From contig JBEKOU010000010.1 of NCBI GenBank assembly GCA_049521435.1, forward strand, positions 4,454-68,453: DNA of 64,000 nucleotides, read 5' to 3'. Below, piece after piece: positions 26,100-35,811 of the stretch. This DNA comes from Candidatus Dormibacteria bacterium. GTDB taxonomy: Bacteria; Chloroflexota; Dormibacteria; Aeolococcales; Aeolococcaceae. Within the stretch, counting starts at the first letter, position 1. Every line of letters starts with the position of its first letter. Under the pieces are notes generated by a model. The model did not search any database. It had not been told where the DNA came from and saw nothing but the letters and a program-made list of their open reading frames with translations. A program made the translations under genes and the position numbers.

Positions 26100-27352
26100 G
26101 CGCGGCGCGGAACGGCCGGGTGCGCGTCGCCGTCACGGGGCTCGGAGCCGTCACCCCCCTCGGTCTCGACGTCGAGTCGAGCTGGGCCGCCTGCAAGGCC
26201 GGTCACTCGGGGATCGTTCCCATCTCGCTCTGCGAGGCCTCCGACCTCTCCACCCGGATCGCCGGTGAAGTCAAGGGCTTCGACGTGGTCGCCCACCTGG
26301 GGCTCAAGGAATCCCGGCGGACCTCTCGCTGCGTCGCCCTCGGCCTGGCGGCGGCCCGCCAGGCGGTTGCCGACTCGGGGCTGGACGTGCGCTCGATCGG
26401 CGACGACATCGGCGTGCTGGTGGCATCGGGGATCGGCGGCCTGGAGTGGCTGGAGCAGGGGGTGGTCCGGCTCAACGAGGGCGGGCCGCGGCGAGTCTCG
26501 CCCTTCACCATCCCGGCGATGATCCCGGACATGACCGCGGGCCGGGTGGCCATCGAGTTCGGCGCTCGTGGGCCAAACTTCGCCGCGGTGTCCGCCTGCG
26601 CGTCCTCAGGCAACGCCATCGGGGAGGCGGCCGAGTGGATCCGACGAGACGACGCCGTGGCGGTCATCGCCGGCGGCACCGAGGCGGCGATCTGCCGGAT
26701 CGGGATCGCGACGTTCAACGCCATGCAGGCGATGTCCACGCGCAACGACGAGCCCGAGAAGGCATCGAGGCCCTTCGACAAGGACCGTGATGGGTTCGTG
26801 ATGGGTGAGGGCGCCGGGATGCTGATCCTCGAGGAGTACGAGCACGCTCGCCGTCGCGGCGCCCGCATCTACGCGGAGGTGGTCGGCTACGGGGCCACCG
26901 ACGACGCCGTCGACGTGGTCCAGCCCGACCCGACCGGTACCGGCGCCTGCCGCTGTGTGCAGCGCGCACTCAACCGCGCTGGTGTGGGGCCCGACCAGGT
27001 CGACTACGTCAATGCCCACGGGACGTCGACGCAGCTCAACGACGCCGCAGAGACCAAGGCCGTGAAGACCGCTCTCGGGCCGCGGGCGGCCACCGTCCCG
27101 ATCAGCTCCACCAAGTCGATGACCGGCCACCTCCTCGGCGCGGCCGGCGGGGTGGAGGCGGTCTTCTCGATCCTCGCCATCCGCGACAGCTTCGTCCCGC
27201 CGACGATCAACCTCGACGAGCCCGACCCCGAGTGCGACCTCGACTACGTCCCCAACGTCGGGCGGAGCGCGCGCGTGGACCTGGCGATCAGCACCAGCTT
27301 CGGCTTCGGCGGGCACAACGCCTGCCTCGCCTTTGCCCGCACGGACGACTAG
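26096..27352 (+). CDS. fabF: Beta-ketoacyl-ACP synthase II
   Basis: VAVTGLGAVTPLG, active-site AVSACASSGNAIG, VNAHGTSTQLND and FGFGGHNACLAF are present. GTG 26096 overlaps the fabI stop (GTGA). Confidence 0.9.
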   Translation: MSAARNGRVRVAVTGLGAVTPLGLDVESSWAACKAGHSGIVPISLCEASDLSTRIAGEVKGFDVVAHLGLKESRRTSRCVALGLAAARQAVADSGLDVRSIGDDIGVLVASGIGGLEWLEQGVVRLNEGGPRRVSPFTIPAMIPDMTAGRVAIEFGARGPNFAAVSACASSGNAIGEAAEWIRRDDAVAVIAGGTEAAICRIGIATFNAMQAMSTRNDEPEKASRPFDKDRDGFVMGEGAGMLILEEYEHARRRGARIYAEVVGYGATDDAVDVVQPDPTGTGACRCVQRALNRAGVGPDQVDYVNAHGTSTQLNDAAETKAVKTALGPRAATVPISSTKSMTGHLLGAAGGVEAVFSILAIRDSFVPPTINLDEPDPECDLDYVPNVGRSARVDLAISTSFGFGGHNACLAFARTDD

Positions 27353-27382
27353 CAGGGTCCTTCCTCACCCGGCGAGCCCGCC

Positions 27383-27404
27383 CCGGTGACGATCCCGTCA
27401 CCGG
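27383..27404 (+). terminator. 9-bp stem, 4-nt loop hairpin downstream of fabF
   Basis: CCGGTGACG-ATCC-CGTCACCGG, starting 31 nt after the fabF stop. No U-tract. Confidence 0.4.
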
Positions 27405-27601
27405 CTCCGGGGGCTCCCGAGCGGGGCGGGGGCGGGGCCAGCGGGGGGGGAGGCCCGGCCCTCGGCGAGGTCGCCCAGGCCATAGCACGGCTTCTTGACG
27501 GGGATATGCGATCGCGGCAGGGCGCTATCCACACGTGACGGAGCGCGCGGTCAATCTGTCACAAGGGGGACGGGATACCGTCATCGGGGGGGTCGCGAGT
27601 A

Positions 27602-29287
27602 GTGCATATGCTCTATTCGATGCGCAAGCCCACCGCTCTGGTCAATCCCGTCCCCCGGCCTGGCGGAGTGGTGTCGCTCCAGCTCTTCATCGGCATGGCG
27701 CTGGCGGCGGCCCTCGCGGCGGTGGCCCTCGGACTGGGCGTCGTCATCTCCGGCGGAGCCTGGAGCTGGACGGTCATCTGCAGCCTGGTGATCGCCGGCA
27801 TCGCGATCCTGGGCGCCGCCCTGCTGGTGGTGACCGTCCATCTCTACCGAGCCCGGGCCGAGCTGGCGCAGCGCCACGCAGAGATCGAGGACATGGCCAG
27901 CGTGGACGCTCTCACCGGGGTCGCCAACCGGCGCGCCTTCGAGCACGAGCTGGAGCGCAACGTCCGCCCCGGCGCGGATCTCGCACTCCTCCTCCTCGAC
28001 CTCGACAACCTCAAGTCCATCAACGACTCGGTGGGGCACAGCGTCGGCGACGAGGTCCTGCGTGGCACCGCGGTGCGCATCCAGGGCTGCCTGCGCACCA
28101 CCGACACCGTCTCCCGGCTGAGCGGCGACGAGTTTGCGGTGCTGCTGCCGAGGGTCGGGGATCGCAGCAACCTCGAGGTGATCTCCCGCCGCATCGTCGA
28201 GGCGGTGCAGCGGCCCTACCCCCCCGAGCTGCTCAGCTGCACGATCAGCGCGAGCGCCGGGGTGGTCATGCTGGATGGGGAGACCGGCCCGGGCGAGCTG
28301 CTGCGCAACGCCGACGTCGCCCTGATGTATGCCAAGCGCCAGGGCAAGGGCCGCTACGTGATGTATCGCCACGAGGTCCACTCCAGCGAGCTCGAGCGCA
28401 TCGCCTTCGAGCGGGACCTGCGGATCGCGCTGGAGCAGGACCAATTCGTCCTCCACTACCAGCCGATCGTGGACTCGAAGCACCGGCGCATCCTGGGCGT
28501 CGAGGCCCTGGTGCGGTGGCAGCATCCCGAGCGGGGACTGGTGCCGCCGCTGGACTTCATCCCGCTCGCCGAGGCGACCGGCCTGATAGTGCCGCTCGGA
28601 GCGTGGGTGCTCCGCGAAGCATGCATCCAGACCCAGAAATGGCGGACCAATCACCCCAGCCTCTTCAAGGACTTCCTGCTGAGCGTCAACGTCTCGGCGC
28701 GGCAGCTCTTCGGCACCCAGCTCCAGCACGACGTGGTCACCGCTCTCAACCAGTCGGGTCTTGACCCCCGCCACCTGGTGCTGGAGATCGTCGAGTCGCA
28801 GGTCATGACCGACGTCGCCGGCGCCCTCCGCCAGTTCGCCGCTCTCAAGGAGATCGGGGTCCGCATCGCCATCGACGACTTCGGAACGGGGTACTCCTCG
28901 CTCGGACACCTCCAGGACCTTCCCGTCGATTTCCTCAAGCTGGACAAGAGCTTCACCGACAACATCACCGAGTCGGTGAAGAGCCAGGAGCTGATGCGCA
29001 CCGTGGCCCATCTCAGCCGCGCGCTCTCCATCGCCACCGTGGCCGAGGGAGTGGAGACGGTTGAGCAGGCGGACGTGCTGAACAACCTCGACGTCAACCT
29101 CTGCCAGGGCTTCTTCTTCGCGAGGCCGATCGACGCCGAGAGCCTCTCGCGGATGCTGAAGCGGGTGCGCCACCTCCCCGAGGTGGTGCACGCGACGCGC
29201 GGGTCGGCACCGGCGGCCGGTGGCGGCCGGATCTCCGTCAGGGTGCCGAAGCCGACCCGGGTCGCTGTGCCACAGCAGCCTAACTGA
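27602..29287 (+). CDS. Membrane-anchored GGDEF-EAL protein (SGDEF variant)
   Basis: Two N-terminal TM segments. GGDEF domain with I-site RTTD and motif SGDEF. EAL domain with EALVRWQHPERG and DDFGTGYSSL. Confidence 0.85.
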   Translation: MHMLYSMRKPTALVNPVPRPGGVVSLQLFIGMALAAALAAVALGLGVVISGGAWSWTVICSLVIAGIAILGAALLVVTVHLYRARAELAQRHAEIEDMASVDALTGVANRRAFEHELERNVRPGADLALLLLDLDNLKSINDSVGHSVGDEVLRGTAVRIQGCLRTTDTVSRLSGDEFAVLLPRVGDRSNLEVISRRIVEAVQRPYPPELLSCTISASAGVVMLDGETGPGELLRNADVALMYAKRQGKGRYVMYRHEVHSSELERIAFERDLRIALEQDQFVLHYQPIVDSKHRRILGVEALVRWQHPERGLVPPLDFIPLAEATGLIVPLGAWVLREACIQTQKWRTNHPSLFKDFLLSVNVSARQLFGTQLQHDVVTALNQSGLDPRHLVLEIVESQVMTDVAGALRQFAALKEIGVRIAIDDFGTGYSSLGHLQDLPVDFLKLDKSFTDNITESVKSQELMRTVAHLSRALSIATVAEGVETVEQADVLNNLDVNLCQGFFFARPIDAESLSRMLKRVRHLPEVVHATRGSAPAAGGGRISVRVPKPTRVAVPQQPN

Positions 29288-29366
29288 TCGGCAGGTAAGT
29301 CGTCTGAGAGGGGGCGACGGGGGGCGCCGCGAGCGGGGCCCGGCGCCTCGGAAGGATTCGCGAGAC

Positions 29367-31049
29367 CTAGTCCCCGGCGTGGCTCGGAGGCGCGTCGCCG
29401 ACCGCCGGCCGCACCCCCGCCTGAGCGGGGTACCCAGCGGCATGGGAGTGGGTGCGCAGGCTCTTGGCGCTGCCCCGGCTGGCCGAGAGAACCGCGGCGA
29501 CCGCCATCAGGACCATGGACCCGTAGAAGGCGGAATGCAGCCCGCTGGCGAAGGCGGTGGCCAGCTGGCCGTGCAGCGAGGTGGAGCCCACGAAGATGGC
29601 GAAGGCGAGCTGGCGGGGGATGCTCCGCGAGGCGAGGACGATGGCCATCGAAAAGGAGAACACCATGCCCACGTTGGCGAAGGTGCGCAGCATCCCCGAC
29701 GAGATGCCAAACAGCTGGGGCGGTGACGCCTTCATCACCGCCGAGGTGTTGGCGGGGAAGAACGAGCTGGCCCCCAGCCCGTTGACGAGACTGCCCGCGA
29801 CCACCACCCAGAGCCCGGTGTCGGCCGTCAGGTGTGCGTAGATGAAGAGCGCGATCACCTGGACGGCGAGGCCGAAGGTGGCCGGGATCACCGGTCCGAC
29901 GCGGTCGGCGAGACGGCCCGCGAAGGGGCCGATCGCGCCACCGACCAGGTAGCCGGGGACGAGCAGGAGCGAGGCGTCAAGGGCGGAGAGGCCGCGTGTC
30001 CCCTGCAGGTACATGATCACCAGGAAGAGGACGGAATAGTTGGCGAGCCCCTGGAAGAACGAGGCGAGCAGCGAGGGCGCCATGGTCGGGATCTTGAGCA
30101 GGGAGAGCTTGAGCATCGGCTCCGCCTGCCTCCACTCGACCACCGTGAAGATGCCGATGAAGACCAGGCCACCCAGCAGGTAGCCGAGGATCGTGAGGTC
30201 GAAGGGTGTGGACGCCAGCGACGTCATCGCCCAGAGCACCCCGAAGAGTCCGAGGCCGAGGGTCAGCATCCCCGCGAAGTCAAGCCGGTGACTCCGCCGC
30301 TCGCCGACGTCATGCAGTACGCGCACGGCCAGGAGGACCGCGGCGAGCCCGATCGGCACGTTGATCCAGAAGATCCACCGCCAGGAGAGGTAGGTGACGA
30401 TCACCCCCCCGAGGACGATGCCCAGCACCGCTCCCGCGCTCCAGCCGATGCCGTTGAATCCGTAGGCCTTGCCGCGTTCCTGAGGGGGGAAGAGGTCGGC
30501 GATGACGGCACCGCTGTTGGCGGTGACCAGGGCGCCGCCGATGCCCTGGAGCACGCGGAAGCCGATCATCGACGAGCCGTCCCAGGCCAGGGCGCAGAGA
30601 GCCGATCCGATGATGAAGACGACGAATCCGGCCTCGTACATCCGCACCCGGCCGTACATGTCACCGAGCCGGCCCACCTGGGTGGCGAGCAGGGTGATCA
30701 CCAGCAGGTAGCCGATCACCACCCAGATGACCGAGGAGAGGTCGACCCTCAGCCCGCGCTCGATCTCGGGCAGGGCGAGGATGACGATGGTCGTGTCGAC
30801 CGCGGTGATGAGCACACCGGTCATCACCACCGCCAGGCCCAGGTTCCTTCTCACCGGCCGGGGTGCGCGGACGCCCACCGGGGCCGCTCCCAAATGTGCT
30901 CCGCTCATCGCGTCGAGGATAGCCGTGGGGGGTTGACCGACCGCATCCGCTCGGGGCCCCTGACCTCGGCTGCGCCGCGGCCGGCGAATCCCGGACATGC
31001 GATCTGCAACGCCGCCTCCGCCGGTGAACCACCGATATGCGATCTCCAT
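29367..31049 (-). CDS. MFS transporter, DHA2 (EmrB/QacA-like, 14-TMS)
   Basis: VDTTIVILALPEI, GRLGDMYGR and a polytopic profile. Start uncertain: ATG 31049, 30998 or 30908, none with a clear SD. Confidence 0.8.
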   Translation of the reverse strand: MEIAYRWFTGGGGVADRMSGIRRPRRSRGQGPRADAVGQPPTAILDAMSGAHLGAAPVGVRAPRPVRRNLGLAVVMTGVLITAVDTTIVILALPEIERGLRVDLSSVIWVVIGYLLVITLLATQVGRLGDMYGRVRMYEAGFVVFIIGSALCALAWDGSSMIGFRVLQGIGGALVTANSGAVIADLFPPQERGKAYGFNGIGWSAGAVLGIVLGGVIVTYLSWRWIFWINVPIGLAAVLLAVRVLHDVGERRSHRLDFAGMLTLGLGLFGVLWAMTSLASTPFDLTILGYLLGGLVFIGIFTVVEWRQAEPMLKLSLLKIPTMAPSLLASFFQGLANYSVLFLVIMYLQGTRGLSALDASLLLVPGYLVGGAIGPFAGRLADRVGPVIPATFGLAVQVIALFIYAHLTADTGLWVVVAGSLVNGLGASSFFPANTSAVMKASPPQLFGISSGMLRTFANVGMVFSFSMAIVLASRSIPRQLAFAIFVGSTSLHGQLATAFASGLHSAFYGSMVLMAVAAVLSASRGSAKSLRTHSHAAGYPAQAGVRPAVGDAPPSHAGD

Positions 31050-31201
31050 CGGCGATCTGTTACGGGATCATCGGAAATATCTCCGATGTCGGCGTTCTGT
31101 CACAGGATGATTGGATTGATTGCGACGTTAGAACCCTAGTCTGGCCGTGGTGGGGGCCCTCAGGGGGGGCCAGTGCAGGTGGAACTGGAGGTGTGGGCGA
31201 A

Positions 31202-32992
31202 GTGCTTCCGCTCTCGCTGTTGAGTTGGAATGACAAGAAGCGCAGCCGCGTCATCCTGACCGGCCTGCTCACCGCCGGGGTGGCGATCGCTTCTGCCGCG
31301 GTGTCGGTGGCCGCCGCACCCCTCCCCGCGGGACCGCCCTCCGCTCCGACCCCCGTGATCGTTCGGGGATCGCCAGGAACCCTGGCCACCGTTGATCAGG
31401 AAATCGCCCGAGCCGGTGGGCGGGTCACCGAGCAGATCCCCCTGATCACGGCCAGCGCGGCCGAGGTGCCGAGCGGCGCGCTCGACTGGCTCAGCGAGCA
31501 GCCGGGGATCGTCGAGGTGACCCCCGACGGACCGGTCCAGCTCACCTCGTCCTCCTACTCGCCGACCACCAACGCGGGGTCGCTCTACAGCGTGGAGCAG
31601 TCGCTGGGCGTCGACCAGGCGTGGCAGGACGGCTACACGGGTTCCGGCATCGGCGTGGCCCTGATCGACACGGGGGTGAACCCGGTCGTCGGGCTGGATG
31701 CATCCGGACAGATCATCAACGGCGCCGACCTCTCCTTCGACAACTCCAGCTCTTCGCTCCGCTACCTCGACGCCAACGGCCACGGCACCTTCATGGCCGG
31801 GATCATCGCCGGACGCGACCCCGGCGCCACCTCCGGCAAGTACGCCGGAGACACCACCGACTTCCTCGGCATCGCTCCCGACTCGCACATCGTCAACGTC
31901 AAGGTCGGCAGTGCCAACGGGGCGGTCGACGTCTCCCAGGTGCTGGCGGCCATCGACTGGGTGGTGATGCACCGCTATGACGAGGGCTTCAACATCCGAG
32001 TCCTCAACCTCAGCTTCGGCACGGACAGCAGCCAGTCGTATCTGCTCGATCCGCTCGCCTTCGCGGCGGAGGCCGCCTGGCGCGAGGGGATCGTCGTCGT
32101 GGCCGCAGTGGGAAATCAGGGGTCCGGCTCCACCCGGCTCGCCGACCCGGCGATCGACCCCTACCTCATCGCGGTGGGCGCCAGCCAGGGGAGCGGGTCC
32201 ACGCTTGCCGTCGCCCCCTTCTCCAGCGCCGGCACTTCCAGCCGCAGCCCCGACGTGATCGCGCCCGGGACTTCCATCGTCAGCCTCCGAGACCCGGGAT
32301 CCGTCATCGACGACGAGTACGGCGCGACCGCTGAGGTCGGCAGCCGCTTCTTCCTCGGCACCGGGACCTCCCAGGCCACCGCCGTGACCTCGGGCCTGGC
32401 TGCGCTGCTGGTCCAGGAGCACCCCTCCGCGACTCCCGACCAGATCAAAGGGCTGCTCACCTCGACGGCGACCCCGGTGGCGGGAGCGTCCTCACTGGTG
32501 ACGGGTCACGGCCAGGTCTCGGCGTCGGCCGCCGTCCAGGCCGCCCTGCCCTCCACGGTCCAGAGCTTCACGGCATCCACCGGCACCGGCACCCTTCAGG
32601 GCGCCCGTGGCAGCCTCCAGGTCACCCTCGGCGGAGTGGCCCTCTCCGGGGAGCAGGACATCTTCGACGACGCCGTCAACACGGCATCCCTGGCGACCGT
32701 CGAGGGGTACGCGGACAGCTGGTCCGGCGGCAGCTGGAACGGTGCTGTCTGGTCGGGCAGCTACTGGGTGTGGAGCCCCACCCTCATGGATTGGGACTAC
32801 GTCGCCTGGACGGGGAACTCCTGGACCGGGGTCGCCTGGTCCACCGTCATGACGTCCTCGGGGAGCTGGAACGGCACCTCGTGGTCCGGTACGTCGTGGT
32901 CGGGGACCTCCTGGTCCGGGACCTCCTGGTCGGGCGTCTCCTGGTCCGGGACCTCCTGGTCGAAGGACGGCTGGTCGTCCTACAAGTGGTAG
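31202..32992 (+). CDS. Secreted S8 (subtilisin-like) serine peptidase with a C-terminal Trp-pentad repeat
   Basis: Catalytic triad regions VALIDTGV, HGTFMAGIIAG and GTSQATAVTSG. Signal-like N-terminus KKRSRVILTGLLTAGVAIASAAVSVAAAP. GTG 31202 lies 11 nt after GGAGG; GTG 31193 is an alternative. Confidence 0.85.
   Translation: MLPLSLLSWNDKKRSRVILTGLLTAGVAIASAAVSVAAAPLPAGPPSAPTPVIVRGSPGTLATVDQEIARAGGRVTEQIPLITASAAEVPSGALDWLSEQPGIVEVTPDGPVQLTSSSYSPTTNAGSLYSVEQSLGVDQAWQDGYTGSGIGVALIDTGVNPVVGLDASGQIINGADLSFDNSSSSLRYLDANGHGTFMAGIIAGRDPGATSGKYAGDTTDFLGIAPDSHIVNVKVGSANGAVDVSQVLAAIDWVVMHRYDEGFNIRVLNLSFGTDSSQSYLLDPLAFAAEAAWREGIVVVAAVGNQGSGSTRLADPAIDPYLIAVGASQGSGSTLAVAPFSSAGTSSRSPDVIAPGTSIVSLRDPGSVIDDEYGATAEVGSRFFLGTGTSQATAVTSGLAALLVQEHPSATPDQIKGLLTSTATPVAGASSLVTGHGQVSASAAVQAALPSTVQSFTASTGTGTLQGARGSLQVTLGGVALSGEQDIFDDAVNTASLATVEGYADSWSGGSWNGAVWSGSYWVWSPTLMDWDYVAWTGNSWTGVAWSTVMTSSGSWNGTSWSGTSWSGTSWSGTSWSGVSWSGTSWSKDGWSSYKW
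32864..32989 (+). repeat. 15-bp tandem coding repeat (SWSGT pentapeptide units)
   Basis: About 8 consecutive 15-bp units (tcctggtccgggacc-like) encode SWNGT/SWSGT/SWSGV. Looser W-x4 periodicity begins at about 32717. Confidence 0.85.
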
Positions 32993-33041
32993 CGGTCTCA
33001 TCCTCGGTCGATGACCGAGTGCGCAGGGCGGGCTCGGCGCG

Positions 33042-35669
33042 GTGAATCCGGTGTCGCACACGCGCTGGACGGCGGTGGTGGAGCGCCTGAGCCCGAGCCG
33101 GCTCGCAGCGCGCGTGGGCCGGGTGCCTCTGCTCACGGTCGGCCTGGCCGCGACGGCAGTCCTGGCCGCCGCGGCCGTGGCGCGGCTCCCGGAGCGCGCC
33201 TCTCCCTACACCATCCCCTGGTGGCTCCTCGCCGGCCTCTTCTGCGTCGCCGAGGTCTGCGTCGTGCACGTCCAGTTCCGGCGCGAGGCTCAGTCCTTCT
33301 CGCTCAGCGAGGTCCCGCTGGTGATGGGCCTCTTCTTCGACCGGCCCCTGACGGTCGTCCTCGCCTACCTCCTCGGCGCCGCCGTGGCGCTGACGCTGCA
33401 TCGGCGGCAATCGCGGCTGAAGCTCGCCTTCAACCTCAGCAACTTCGTGCTGGCGGCCGCCGTGGCGGTGGCGCTCTTCGCGCGGCTGGCTCCGCACGGA
33501 GATCCCACCGGCAACACGGCCAGCCTGGCCGCCCTCACCGCAGTCGTCGTCGCGGGCACACTCCAAACCGCGACCTTCGTCGTCGCCCTCTTCCTCTCCG
33601 AGGGCCGGATCGACCGCAGGGGCCTGGCCGGCAACTTCGGCCTCGCCATGCTGGGCACGCTGATCAACACCTGCCTGGCCCTGATCGTCGTCAACCTGAT
33701 GTGGTCACACCTCCAGGTCGTCTGGCTGCTGGTCGTCCCGGTGGCCGGCGTCGCGCTTGCGTATCGCTCGTACGTGTCGGAGCGCGAGAACCGTCAGCAG
33801 ATCACTTTCCTCTACGAATCCAGCCGCCATCTGCAGCACGCCGAGAACCTCGATGAGGCGCTGCTCGACGTGCTCAAGGGCTCGCGCGAGTCCTTCCGCG
33901 CGGAGATGGCGGAGATCATCATCTTCCCCACTCGGGAAGGCGAGGTGATGGTCCGTGCCGGGGTCAACGCCGGCGGCATCCAACCGATGCGGCCGGTGGA
34001 GCTCGACGAGGCGGGGCAGAAGCTCGTCACCGGGATGGTCGCCGCCGCCCCGGCCATCGTCGAACCGGGGACGGGGGGCCGGGACGGACTCCGGTTCCTT
34101 GCCGTGCTGGGCATCCGCGACGGCATGGTCGCGGTGCTCCGCCGCGAGACACGGCCGATCGGTCTGATGGTGGTGGGGAACCGGCTGGGAGAGGTGAGCT
34201 CCTTCGACGACGAGGACCTGCGCCTCTTCGAGATGCTCGCAGCGCACACGGGCAGCACGCTGGAGAACGGCCGGCTGGAGAGCTCCCTCCGGCAGCTGAC
34301 CGACCTCCAGCACAAGCTGCGCCACCAGGCGCTCCACGATCCCCTGACCGGGATGGCCAACCGAGCCCTCTTCCAGACCCACGTTCGCGATGCCCTCGCC
34401 AGCGGCAGAGAGCGGGTCGGGGTGCTCTTCATCGATCTCGACGACTTCAAGACAGTGAATGACAGCCTCGGGCACGTGGTCGGTGACGAGCTGCTCCGTG
34501 CGGTGGCCGGCCGCCTGGCCGTCTGCCTGCGTCCCGGCGATGTCGCCGCCAGGCTCGGAGGCGATGAATTCGCCGTGCTCGTGCAGGGCACGGCCGACAG
34601 CAGGGCGGCGACGACGGTGGCGACCCGCATCGTCGAACGGATGCGCGATCCGTTTCAGGTGATGGGCGCCGAGATCATGGTCCGGGCCAGCATCGGCATC
34701 GCCACCGGGGAGGCGGGCGAGCTGGGCGCCGACGAGATCCTGCGCAACGCCGACGAGGCCATGTACACGGCCAAGGGTCTGGGCAAGGGCCGGTGGGAGG
34801 TGTTCGCTCCGAGCATGCACGCGGCGGTCCTCAGCCGTCACGAGTTCAAAGCCGACCTCCACCGGGCCCTGCCACGGGACGAGCTGGTCGTCCAGTATCA
34901 GCCGATCTTCGAGGTCCCCTCGGGAGAGGTGGTATCCGCCGAGGCACTCCTTCGCTGGCGGCACCCCCGCCACGGACTGATCCAGCCGATCGACTTCATC
35001 CCCCTCGCCGAAGAGACCGGGCTCATCTCTCCGATCGGCCTCTGGGTGCTCGAGCGGGCCTGTGCCGAGGCCCGCCGCTGGCCCGACCATGGATCGCGGA
35101 GGGACATCGCAGTCGCCGTCAACGTCTCACCAAAGCAGCTCCAGAGAGGAGCATTCATCGACGACGTCCAGAGCGTCCTCACCCGGACCGGCCTGTCGCC
35201 CTGGAGCCTGATCCTGGAGGTGACCGAGAGCCTGGCCATCGACGAGGTCGAGGGTGCGGTCGGGCGCCTGCGGCAGCTCCGCGAACTGGGCATCCGGATC
35301 GCCCTCGACGACTTCGGCACCGGCCACTCGTCGCTGAGCCGGCTCCGCGATTTCCCGGTCGACATCATCAAGATCGACAGGGCGTTCACCACCACACTCA
35401 GCTCGTCGCGCGACGGCGGCGGACTCTCCCGCGCGATCTTCGCGTTTGGCCACAGCCTCGGGCTCACGGTGGTCGCCGAGGGCGTCGAGGAGCTGGAGGA
35501 TCTGCGCGCACTGGACGACTTCCCCCGCCAATGGGCGCAGGGGTACCACCTGGCCCGGCCGATGGACGGCGACGCGATGCTGGAGCTCCTCGATGCCCGT
35601 CGGCTCGAGACGGCCGCCGAGGACGGCGCGCGGGTGGTGCGGCTGGCGCTGCAGTCCCAGGCCTTCTGA
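33042..35669 (+). CDS. Polytopic membrane GAF-GGDEF-EAL protein
   Basis: About 6-7 N-terminal TM segments and a GAF-like middle region. GGDEF domain with I-site RPGD and an intact GGDEF motif. EAL domain with EALLRWRHPRHG and DDFGTGHSSL. Confidence 0.85.
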   Translation: MNPVSHTRWTAVVERLSPSRLAARVGRVPLLTVGLAATAVLAAAAVARLPERASPYTIPWWLLAGLFCVAEVCVVHVQFRREAQSFSLSEVPLVMGLFFDRPLTVVLAYLLGAAVALTLHRRQSRLKLAFNLSNFVLAAAVAVALFARLAPHGDPTGNTASLAALTAVVVAGTLQTATFVVALFLSEGRIDRRGLAGNFGLAMLGTLINTCLALIVVNLMWSHLQVVWLLVVPVAGVALAYRSYVSERENRQQITFLYESSRHLQHAENLDEALLDVLKGSRESFRAEMAEIIIFPTREGEVMVRAGVNAGGIQPMRPVELDEAGQKLVTGMVAAAPAIVEPGTGGRDGLRFLAVLGIRDGMVAVLRRETRPIGLMVVGNRLGEVSSFDDEDLRLFEMLAAHTGSTLENGRLESSLRQLTDLQHKLRHQALHDPLTGMANRALFQTHVRDALASGRERVGVLFIDLDDFKTVNDSLGHVVGDELLRAVAGRLAVCLRPGDVAARLGGDEFAVLVQGTADSRAATTVATRIVERMRDPFQVMGAEIMVRASIGIATGEAGELGADEILRNADEAMYTAKGLGKGRWEVFAPSMHAAVLSRHEFKADLHRALPRDELVVQYQPIFEVPSGEVVSAEALLRWRHPRHGLIQPIDFIPLAEETGLISPIGLWVLERACAEARRWPDHGSRRDIAVAVNVSPKQLQRGAFIDDVQSVLTRTGLSPWSLILEVTESLAIDEVEGAVGRLRQLRELGIRIALDDFGTGHSSLSRLRDFPVDIIKIDRAFTTTLSSSRDGGGLSRAIFAFGHSLGLTVVAEGVEELEDLRALDDFPRQWAQGYHLARPMDGDAMLELLDARRLETAAEDGARVVRLALQSQAF

Positions 35670-35811
35670 TCGCGTCTCATCGCTGGGGTGGCGAGCCGCT
35701 CGGAATGGGGTGACGCGCGACCAGCCCGGCGAGACTTCCCGGACGTTCCGCTCCCGGGCTTCGCCTGGCTACGCTGCAGGTTGTGGAGGCGCCGGTATCG
35801 GTGGGCGGCTG

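Noticed and set aside
27557-27565. TCTGTCACA shared with 31096-31104 as a stand-alone regulatory-site feature
   Set aside because: A 9-mer occurring twice in 64 kb (both strands) is close to chance expectation. It is mentioned only as a weak hint inside the c-di-GMP cluster finding.
27581-29443. 620-aa minus-strand ORF
   Set aside because: It is antisense to the GGDEF-EAL gene, whose domains are unambiguous.
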